Below, piece by piece: positions 9,294-16,843 of a stretch of 64,000 bases of DNA. A model generated the notes under the pieces. It saw nothing but the letters and a program-made list of their open reading frames with translations. It searched no databases and was not told the DNA's origin. A program made the position numbers and the translations under genes. The DNA is from a virus (taxonomy: Duplodnaviria; Caudoviricetes). The DNA lies in IMG/VR virus record IMGVR_UViG_3300031992_000031, positions 32,001 to 96,000 of that record; one strand, written 5' to 3'. Each line of letters starts with the position of its first letter. The stretch's first letter is position 1.

Positions 9294-10193
9294 ATGAAAG
9301 ATTTAACTGGACAACGTTTTGGGCATTTAACTGTATTACGAAAATACGGACACAAAGGTGGAAGAGTTTGTTGGGAATGTTTATGTGACTGTGGTAATTT
9401 ACATTATGTAATTACCTGTAATTTAACTACGGGTCATACGACTCGTTGTTCTAAATGTTCTAATTCTGTTGTTGATTTAACTGGGCAAGTATTTGGACAA
9501 CTAACAGTTATTGATCAAAATAAAACCTATCGTAAAGAAAATAATATTAAAGGTTATCATGCTTATTGGAATTGTCTATGTAGTTGTGGTAATACCACAA
9601 TTGCAAAAGGCACTGATTTGAGTAGTGGAAAAACAACGCAATGTAAACAATGTGCTGGTAATCAGTTAATTGATGAAACTGGAAATAGATATGGTTATTT
9701 AACTATATTAAATTATTTACGGACAGAAAATCATCAAATAATTTGGCTAGCACAATGTGATTGCGGAAATCAATGTGAAGTTAGAATTAATGATCTACGT
9801 CGTGGAAGAGCAAAATTATCTTGTGGATGTAAATCCATACGTTCGAAAGGTGAATTAGAAATTGAAGAATTACTAAAACAAAATAAAATTAATTATCAAG
9901 CACAATATGTATTTGATAATTTAGTTGGGCAACGTAATCGTAGATTACCATATGATTTTGCAATTTTAACACTAGATAATCAAGTTCAACGTTTAATTGA
10001 ATTTGATGGACAACAACATAATATTAGTGTAAATTATTTTGGTGGAGATAAAGTATTAAATCGTAGAAAAGAATTAGATAAAATAAAAAATAATTATGCT
10101 AAAGAACATCATATACCATTAATTCGTATTCCATATGATAAATTAAGTAAAATTACAATTGAAATGTTACTTGGCGATGAATATTTGATATAA
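9294..10193 (+). CDS. Putative homing endonuclease: three DLTG.RFG.L/W.C.CDCG repeats plus C-terminal PD-(D/E)XK-like domain
   Basis: Repeats seen directly; C-terminal SKGE..IEELL, PYDF, IEFDGQQH, LIRIPY. Confidence 0.75.
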   Translation: MKDLTGQRFGHLTVLRKYGHKGGRVCWECLCDCGNLHYVITCNLTTGHTTRCSKCSNSVVDLTGQVFGQLTVIDQNKTYRKENNIKGYHAYWNCLCSCGNTTIAKGTDLSSGKTTQCKQCAGNQLIDETGNRYGYLTILNYLRTENHQIIWLAQCDCGNQCEVRINDLRRGRAKLSCGCKSIRSKGELEIEELLKQNKINYQAQYVFDNLVGQRNRRLPYDFAILTLDNQVQRLIEFDGQQHNISVNYFGGDKVLNRRKELDKIKNNYAKEHHIPLIRIPYDKLSKITIEMLLGDEYLI

Positions 10194-10209
10194 GTGATGG
10201 TTTATATTA

Positions 10210-10416
10210 ATGAGAAATCCGAATCGTATTAAACCTTATTGCGATGCTCTTGCCACTTTATGGCAAATTGTGCCAGACCTTCGTTTATCTCAGCTTATGT
10301 ATACTCTAATGAATGCTTGGGAAGTAAGACGTGGTTCAAGCGCATTTTACGCGGAAGATGAAGAATTTCTTGCTTTTGCATTGGAATATTTAAATGAAAT
10401 TACAGAATCCACCTGA
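10210..10416 (+). CDS. hypothetical phage protein
   Basis: 68-aa ORF MRNPNRI..PDLRLSQL. Confidence 0.65.
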   Translation: MRNPNRIKPYCDALATLWQIVPDLRLSQLMYTLMNAWEVRRGSSAFYAEDEEFLAFALEYLNEITEST

Positions 10417-10608
10417 CATGGCTGTGACTACAAGGCGCGGAAGGATGGCGGCAATCTCTTGCCCAAGCAAGTTGAAACGATATACACCCTTGGGATGAAA
10501 ACTCAATATAGAGTAGAGTGAGATATAACGTGAGTTTAGAACTATAGAAAATGTAGTCGGTCTCCCTGTGGCCCGTTACGCAGTAAATTGGCACAGGGGA
10601 AGCTTCAT

Positions 10609-10689
10609 CGGGATGTAGCTCAGTTGGTTTAGAGCGCCTGTATGATAAACAGGAGGTTTTCGGTAGTTCGAATCTACCCATCCCGACCA
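10609..10689 (+). tRNA. tRNA-Ile(GAT), CCA encoded
   Basis: Anticodon arm CCTGT ATGATAA ACAGG; acceptor CGGGATG/CATCCCG. Confidence 0.87.
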
Positions 10690-10779
10690 CCGGGGCGGGA
10701 AGCTCAAAGATGCGTGGGTGGCCAACACGGTCATGAGAGTAAAATCCAGCGCAAGTAACCCGTAGGATCCCCGGACCAT

Positions 10780-10851
10780 AGGGGAATAGTGACAATGGTA
10801 GAACAAGGGTCTCCAAAACCTTAGATCTAGGTTCGAATCCTAGTTCCCCTG
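10780..10851 (+). tRNA. tRNA-Trp(CCA)
   Basis: Anticodon arm AGGGT CTCCAAA ACCTT. Confidence 0.9.
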
Positions 10852-10969
10852 CAACTTGTTGTTTCGCGAACAACCCAGTGGATGGATTTGACGCATCCCG
10901 TGTCACTACTGCGAGAGGATTACGCCTCTGTTTACAAGCGGACCAAAATCCATGAAGGTGACACACTAT

Positions 10970-11040
10970 GGGGCTATAGTTTATTAGTAGAATAGTTGGT
11001 TTGCACCCAGCAGAGGACGGAGCGTTACCGTCTAGCTCCA
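10970..11040 (+). tRNA. tRNA-Ala(TGC)
   Basis: GGGGCTA/TAGCTCC with G3-U70; loop TTTGCAC; atypical T-loop AGCGTTA. Confidence 0.82.
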
Positions 11041-11047
11041 CATTATA

Positions 11048-11119
11048 GGTTCCAACACTCGTCGGTCGGGTACGGGTCTGCAAAATCCGCGTTAGTGAGT
11101 TCGACTCTCACTGGAACCT
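11048..11119 (+). tRNA. tRNA-Cys(GCA)
   Basis: Loop CTGCAAA; U73 discriminator. Confidence 0.82.
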
Positions 11120-11136
11120 CATTAGGAGTGACATAA

Positions 11137-11451
11137 ATGATAGGAAATTATAAAGTAATAACATTATGTGGGAGTACTCGATTTAAGGAGGACTTTGAAC
11201 GTGTCAACCGCGAACTTACCCTGGCAGGTAATATTGTTATATCCGTTGGCTGTTTTGGTCACGCTGGCGATACTTTCACGGAAGAACAGAAAGTAATGCT
11301 TGATGACATTCATAAAAGAAAAATTGATATGGCAGATGCTATTTATGTAATCAATAAAGATGGATATGTTGGTTCAAGTACAAGATGTGAAATTGGGTAT
11401 GCAATTAAACACGGAAAACAAATTATATTTATGGAAGATGATTTAATGTGA
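11137..11451 (+). CDS. Hypothetical protein, nucleoside-deoxyribosyltransferase-like fold
   Basis: ITLCGSTRF..KIDMADAIYVIN..GYVGSST..EI. Confidence 0.6.
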   Translation: MIGNYKVITLCGSTRFKEDFERVNRELTLAGNIVISVGCFGHAGDTFTEEQKVMLDDIHKRKIDMADAIYVINKDGYVGSSTRCEIGYAIKHGKQIIFMEDDLM

Positions 11452-11696
11452 GAAAGGGACGCGGTATAGACCATAATTGGGATATTCGTAAGTATAAAGG
11501 TGATTTGGCTTTATACGCCCATTGTTCTTGTGGATTTCAATATGCTTGTTCTTCTAATAAAAGAAAAGAAGATGGTTCTTTTAGTTTTGAACAAGAAATT
11601 ACCAATCTATATCATTATTGTCCAAACTGTGGCTCTCATAAATTATAGTATAATGAAGAGCCAAGAAAAATGGATGCTATTTTCCCTTGGGATTAA
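11448..11696 (+). CDS. Zn-ribbon protein (one TAG read through)
   Basis: CSCG..CPNCG; TAG at 11646-11648 followed by 15 further sense codons, then TAA. Confidence 0.6.
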
Positions 11697-11774
11697 TGAT
11701 AGCTAAACCGGACAAGCGCCGGTACCGCTTCGAAAGCGATAGGTAAGATTTAATGTAATTGGGAGGAAAAAATA

Positions 11775-12551
11775 TTGAATTATACATATGTTACTTTATT
11801 AAGTTCTGTTGATTATTTACCAGGCATATTAGCATTAAATGATAATTTAAAAAATATAGGATGCAAATATCCATTACATATAATGGTTACAAATAATGTT
11901 ATTGTCCACATTAGTAAATATCTTATTAAAGAGAAAATTCCTTTTACTATTGTTCCAAAGATTACCTACTCCCCAGAGACAATTGCAGCAATGAATAATG
12001 CAAGATTAGAAACAATCGCATCAAAAATTAATGTATTTAGACTGGAAGAATTAGAAAAAGTAGTATATTTAGATACTGATAGTTATTTTATTAAACCAAT
12101 AGATGAACTATTTAATTATCCAGATGGAGCACTCTATGATTGTGGAGAACCACGGGGATTTTGTGGACTATTTACATGTATCCCTAGAATGCATCCTTTA
12201 GATTATTATATTTCACTATTAAAGCATAATCATATGTGGGAAAGCGATTTAATTGAAGAATTATGGTTTCCTTTTAAATCTAATCCCGACTATCGTATTC
12301 CGTATTCATATTTTGTAAATACTAAAGTTCAGGATTTTAATACACTTTTACCTATTGAAGAAAAGGTACATGGATTTCATTTTTGTGGTGAATTAAAACC
12401 GTGGAAATTTAAAAATCCCTATGATTATATTACGGCATTTCATAAAGAATGGCCTTTTCCTAATGAAAATAGGAACAAAATAATTAAAGATTATTATTAT
12501 CAATATATACAACCAATTAAAGATAAATATCCTGAGATTTTTACATATTAA
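11775..12551 (+). CDS. GT8 glycosyltransferase (glycogenin-like)
   Basis: YVTLL..YLPG, KVVYLDTD, HFCGELKPW. Confidence 0.85.
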   Translation: MNYTYVTLLSSVDYLPGILALNDNLKNIGCKYPLHIMVTNNVIVHISKYLIKEKIPFTIVPKITYSPETIAAMNNARLETIASKINVFRLEELEKVVYLDTDSYFIKPIDELFNYPDGALYDCGEPRGFCGLFTCIPRMHPLDYYISLLKHNHMWESDLIEELWFPFKSNPDYRIPYSYFVNTKVQDFNTLLPIEEKVHGFHFCGELKPWKFKNPYDYITAFHKEWPFPNENRNKIIKDYYYQYIQPIKDKYPEIFTY

Positions 12552-12689
12552 TAATTTGACAAAATTTCAAATTTATATTATAATTATATTGTAAAAAGGA
12601 GATAAGATATACATAAAGGGCAATTTGATAAAATTTGTTGCAAAAAATTAAGAAGTAAAATCTCCTTTCTCGCGGCGCAAGCCGCATAT

Positions 12690-12763
12690 CTGGGTGTAGC
12701 GCAGTTTGGTAGCGTACTAGATTTGGGATCTAGGGGTCGAGAGTTCAAATCTCTCCACCCAGA
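12690..12763 (+). tRNA. tRNA-Pro(TGG)
   Basis: Anticodon arm CTAGA TTTGGGA TCTAG. Confidence 0.92.
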
Positions 12764-12767
12764 CTTA

Positions 12768-12825
12768 TAGGCCATTACAGCAAACTTTGTAGAAATAGGA
12801 AATAATACAACAAACAATGGCCTAG
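12768..12825 (+). ncRNA. CAGCAA-hairpin small RNA candidate, copy 3
   Basis: Stem TAGGCCATT/AATGGCCTA, then ACAGCAA. Confidence 0.5.
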
Positions 12826-12945
12826 CTTTATGAATATTTGCTCCATCTTGGGGCTAATAGATTGCCGCGTTAGGAACCTTATGGTGGAAGAGCCTTATTT
12901 GAAAGAGGTAGAGTAGTATCTACAACTCTTCCGCGGCGTTTTATT

Positions 12946-13098
12946 TTTAGAACTGTAGGCTTAGAAGCAGCCATCAGCTAAAGAGTTTTCGTTTCTCCAT
13001 TCGTGCGAAATGTATTATGGGCTTACGATTATACGCCCCATAAGTATGATGTGCGATAGATAATAGAAAATGAAATTTGGCGTAATAGCACATCTAAA
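12946..13098 (+). ncRNA. 23S rRNA L11-binding domain (H43-H44) mimic with ~90-nt insertion
   Basis: TGTAGGCTTAGAAGCAGCCATCA..TAAAGAGT and GCGTAATAGC match 23S nt ~1058-1100; closed by TTTAGA/TCTAAA. Confidence 0.75.
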
Positions 13099-13100
13099 AT

Positions 13101-13188
13101 GACACTATGGCCGAGTTGGTAAGGCGCTAACCTGCTAAGTTAAGGCCACTTGTAAAAGGGTGCCGAGGTTCGAATCCTCGTAGTGTCG
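13101..13188 (+). tRNA. tRNA-Ser(GCT)
   Basis: Loop CTGCTAA, long variable arm, G73. Confidence 0.9.
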
Positions 13189-13191
13189 CTT

Positions 13192-13296
13192 TGCGGTGGT
13201 GGAATAGGTAGACATTTGGGGCATGACACACGTAAAGAGGTATGCGAGGGCGTGAAGTCTGGGTGTGTCCTGTGAGGTGCAAATCCTCACCCGCAT
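13192..13296 (+). ncRNA. tRNA-Leu-like RNA lacking a canonical anticodon arm
   Basis: D-arm GTGGAATAGGTAGAC; T-arm GTGAGG TGCAAAT CCTCAC; central long arm GACACAC/GTGTGTC. Confidence 0.6.
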
Positions 13297-13300
13297 TTAT

Positions 13301-13457
13301 AGTCCCTTAGCGTAATGGTAGCGCAACGGACTTGTATGGGTCGTCTAGGTTGGAAGGCCGGCTCGGTGTATTAGAATACACAGATGAGAAGAAGTGAGTT
13401 CGATCCTCACCCCATGCATTGACTCCGTATGTGTTGGTCCGATTCCAACAGGGACTG
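13301..13457 (+). tRNA. tRNA-Gln(TTG) interrupted by an 86-nt tRNA-like insert (13333-13418) in the anticodon loop
   Basis: Acceptor AGTCCCT/AGGGACT; anticodon stem ACGGA/TCCGT; removing the insert gives CT-TTG-AC. Confidence 0.85.
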
Positions 13458-13496
13458 CTTTGAAACAATCTTATTTATTAAAGCTTAGGAGGAATT

Positions 13497-14114
13497 ATGT
13501 TAAATATTCTTAGTGTAGATATGGATTGGATTATGGAACCAAGTATTAATTTTTATAATAATCAAGTTTCTGATTAGAATGATTTTTTAGCTGAAAATGA
13601 TGAAAGAATTATTATACCTGCCGATTTAAAAAAATATGCCATGATTACTAAATTAATTTTTTCTTTATTGTCATCTTTACAATTAAAAGATATATTTATA
13701 GCAGAGGGGCATGAAGAAATATTTAAAGCTATTAATAAATGGCAGCTAAATGATAAGTTTAAAATTTATAATATAGATCATCATCATGATTGCGGTTATT
13801 TATATGATAATATATCATTACATAATCTAATTAATGAATGTACTTGCGCTAATTGGGTTCCATATGTTTATAAAAAATTTTCAACATTTGTAAAATACAT
13901 ATGGATTGGAAATAAAAATTCATTCCCATTAGATTCACAACTTAAATCCATTCTTCCAGATTACAATATTTATGATAATCTTGAAATATTAGATAATATA
14001 AAAATAGATAAAATTTTTATTTGCAAATCTCGTACTTGGATCCCAGTTGAATATCGTGAATTAATTGATAGTTTTACATATTCTATTATAAAAGCATTGG
14101 AAATGAGAAAGTAA
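13497..14114 (+). CDS. UPF0489/arginase-fold-like protein (one TAG=Gln)
   Basis: ATG after AGGAGG; ILSVDMDW, NIDHHHD; in frame with track ORF 13641. Confidence 0.65.
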
Positions 14115-14115
14115 T

Positions 14116-14556
14116 ATGAAAATATATACGTCCTATTTTGCTCAATTAAGAAAATTTCCTACTAATTTAATTGGTCTTTCAACCGCGCATTGGAATCCTA
14201 AGTGGCGGCCAATGGGTAAAGATAAGCGAGGTATAATTTGTGTAGATTGTTCTCCATTTAAGCCCGGGCGCGAATGTGATGGCTTATGCCGTGGTGAGTG
14301 TAATCCTAAACATCCAGAAGATTGTGCGTTTCTCAAAGTATATAAAGCACAATTAGACAAATTAAATTTAACACATATACAAGACAGTTTAGGAAAATTG
14401 GCTACTCAAATTGCTCACGATGAAGGATTTAAAGAAGTAAATTTTGCCTTTTTAGTATATGAGACGCCTACAAACTTATGTAGTGAACGAATTCCAATAC
14501 AACAATGGTTCAAAGAGCATGGTATTCAATGTGAAGAATGGCAACCTAATATTTGA
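14116..14556 (+). CDS. DUF488-like protein
   Basis: MKIYTSYF...LVYE.P...CSER. Confidence 0.55.
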   Translation: MKIYTSYFAQLRKFPTNLIGLSTAHWNPKWRPMGKDKRGIICVDCSPFKPGRECDGLCRGECNPKHPEDCAFLKVYKAQLDKLNLTHIQDSLGKLATQIAHDEGFKEVNFAFLVYETPTNLCSERIPIQQWFKEHGIQCEEWQPNI

Positions 14557-14604
14557 CTTTTTATAAAAAATATATTATAATTTTTATAGAAAGAGGGTGA
14601 GAAT

Positions 14605-14964
14605 ATGTACAAATATAGTATGGCTTCACACAAACGCAGAAAGCACCAGCGGTGGTTTAATAAGTATTGCCGTCAGGTTAATAAAGAGATTGAAAATGAT
14701 GAACTATGGCTTGGGCGTTTTTGTATTAAACAATTGCGTTCCGATATTCATTGGTTTGAAGATGGTAGCGGCGGAATGATGGCTGCTGAGATTCTAATGC
14801 GTGATAAGAAAACTGGTATTATTCGCGCAAAATGGTATACTGGTCTTGACATGGATTGGAAATTTTGGTGGGATTTTAACGATTTCATTATTAACGATTG
14901 TAAAGTTTGGGAAGAAGAACCAGATGTTCGCATCAACCGAATTGACTTTAGAAAGAAGGTATAA
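14605..14964 (+). CDS. hypothetical protein
   Basis: ORF after promoter and RBS. Confidence 0.65.
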   Translation: MYKYSMASHKRRKHQRWFNKYCRQVNKEIENDELWLGRFCIKQLRSDIHWFEDGSGGMMAAEILMRDKKTGIIRAKWYTGLDMDWKFWWDFNDFIINDCKVWEEEPDVRINRIDFRKKV

Positions 14965-14965
14965 T

Positions 14966-15175
14966 ATGTTTGAATATCGCGTAAATTGGTATAATGATGT
15001 TATTGATCAAGAAGAATATGTTCGAGGTCTTGTTTATGGGCCATCCTATAAGGACGCTATGGAAAAAGTAATGAAAGATTACGGCGAAGATTCTATTATT
15101 GATGTATACCTTCAAGCACTTGAAGATACGGATACTATTGAACTGGTAGCTATAAAAAAACAGTTCAATCTGTAA
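14966..15175 (+). CDS. hypothetical protein
   Basis: Internal ATG of track ORF 14801, directly after the previous stop. Confidence 0.55.
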   Translation: MFEYRVNWYNDVIDQEEYVRGLVYGPSYKDAMEKVMKDYGEDSIIDVYLQALEDTDTIELVAIKKQFNL

Positions 15176-15180
15176 TAAAC

Positions 15181-15560
15181 ACCGCTCGATGGGTGCAGGC
15201 GGTATAAAAATATGTAACCATCTCTCGTAAGTAGGGGATAGGAAGTGTGAATCCAGCTATACGAGATGAGTCCTGAAGCCCTATTGACTCAATTGGACTA
15301 TGCGTGAAAGCGATACTGTCAAAATATCGAACCACATTTCTTTGCAGCCCTGTTCGAGGCACAACCGCGCTAAAAGAGTCTGAAACGCTAGGCATTTCGA
15401 GTACGCGGCCAGCTCGTTAAATCGGCCTCAGAGGTACCAGTCACTCTGTATAATAACGACTGTGTATCATAGGTGTGATGGCGGCGGCACCTAAAATCGC
15501 CACCGTGCGGCGCCAGTGGGATAATGCGTTAAGCAAAAGTCGCCCCATAAGACTGGCAAA
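15181..15560 (+). ncRNA. Structured non-coding RNA candidate (~380 nt)
   Basis: GC-rich, at least 3 pseudoknots, followed by an intrinsic terminator. Confidence 0.5.
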
Positions 15561-15568
15561 TTTACTTC

Positions 15569-15598
15569 GGGATGGTAATTATACCATCCCACTTTTTT
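15569..15598 (+). terminator. Intrinsic terminator
   Basis: GGGATGGTA-ATTA-TACCATCCC followed by T-run. Confidence 0.8.
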
Positions 15599-15652
15599 AT
15601 TTGACTTTTTTCTTAATTTATTATATAATTTTTATGTAAAGGAGATGATAAT

Positions 15653-16129
15653 ATGCCTATTCTGTATATTATGTGCGGTCCATCTGGATGCGGTAAAACA
15701 ACTTATTGTAGTGATAAGATGGAGTTGGCTCATTGTGTTTATGTTTCTCGCGATGTAGTTCGCTATGAAATTGTTAAAGAAGAAGAAGATTATTTTTCTC
15801 ATGAAAAAGAAGTTTTTCGTGAATTTGTACGGCGTATTGTAGAAGCTATGACCAATGGCTATGATTGTATTGCTGACGCAACTCATCTTAATCAGTTCTC
15901 ACGCCGTAAGCTTACACAAGCCATTGATATGTATACTACTGATTATAAAATTATTTATGTAGTATTTAATGTAGATGCCAATACTTGCGTTGCTCGTAAT
16001 GCTAATCGCACTGGGCGCGCCAATGTCCCAGAAAATGTTATTCGTAATATGTGCCGTGATTTTCGCGCGCCAACTAAGGATGAAGATGAACGGGTAATTG
16101 ATATTATTGAGGTAGGTGATGATAAATGA
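15653..16129 (+). CDS. AAA_33 / polynucleotide-kinase-like P-loop kinase
   Basis: GPSGCGKTT, SRDVVR, DATHL, RNANR. Confidence 0.85.
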   Translation: MPILYIMCGPSGCGKTTYCSDKMELAHCVYVSRDVVRYEIVKEEEDYFSHEKEVFREFVRRIVEAMTNGYDCIADATHLNQFSRRKLTQAIDMYTTDYKIIYVVFNVDANTCVARNANRTGRANVPENVIRNMCRDFRAPTKDEDERVIDIIEVGDDK

Positions 16130-16696
16130 GTGAGATTTTCTTTACAAGTGATACTCACTTTTGTTAGCCATAATAAAGAATTTCTTTATAAGCCGCGTGG
16201 CTTCTCTTCAATAGAAGAGATGAACGAAGCTATTGTAGAAAGATGGAATTGTGTGGTGCCAAAGGAATGTGGTGTAATTATTTATCATCTTGGCGATATG
16301 GCACTATCAGATACTGAAGCCGCAATTCCTTATATTAAGCGTCTAAATGGAGAAATCCGTTGGATTCGTGGAAATCATTGCTCAGATGCTCGTGTAGATC
16401 AAATTCTTGCGGCTTGCCCCAATGTTCAGCTTATTAGTCAAAATAAGGATAATGCTTGGGCATATATATTGAAAGACGGGAAGTGGCGTTTTTATCTTAG
16501 CCATTATCCTACTAAAGTTGCTAATTATGATGATACTCCAAAACATAAAACCTGGTGTCTTTGCGGGCATACGCATACTCAAGATAGATGGAAAGACCTT
16601 ACAGATAGTTGTTATCATGTAGAAATGGACGCTCATGATTGTTATCCAATTTCTCTCGAACAAATTAAAGCTGAAATTAAAGCATTAAATATTTGA
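16126..16696 (+). CDS. Calcineurin-like metallophosphoesterase with a +1 frame break at ~16162-16168
   Basis: Frame 1 gives MSEIFFTSDTHF; the +1 frame continues HNKEF..HLGD..RGNH..SHYP..GHTH. Confidence 0.75.
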
Positions 16697-16843
16697 CTTA
16701 AAATAAAATTTCTGGTATAATTATTATGAAAGATGAAACAGTATGGGATTATTCTGATTGCCAAATCGGACACCCATGTATAAATTGTATAAAAGAATGT
16801 ACCTTCCGACTTGACAAAGTTGTAGATGAAAAGGAGAAAAAAG

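Noticed and set aside
11697-11745. tRNA-Ser(CGA)-like fragment (CGC TTCGAAA GCG)
   Set aside because: No T-arm or acceptor pairing; at most a remnant.
1983-13460. HDV-like theta ribozymes at tRNA 3' ends, expected in recoded gut phages
   Set aside because: Could not build the nested double pseudoknot after any tRNA by eye; a motif search is needed to exclude them.
15181-15560. Possible RNase P RNA (similar size)
   Set aside because: No GAGGAAAGUCC or 3' P4 consensus found.
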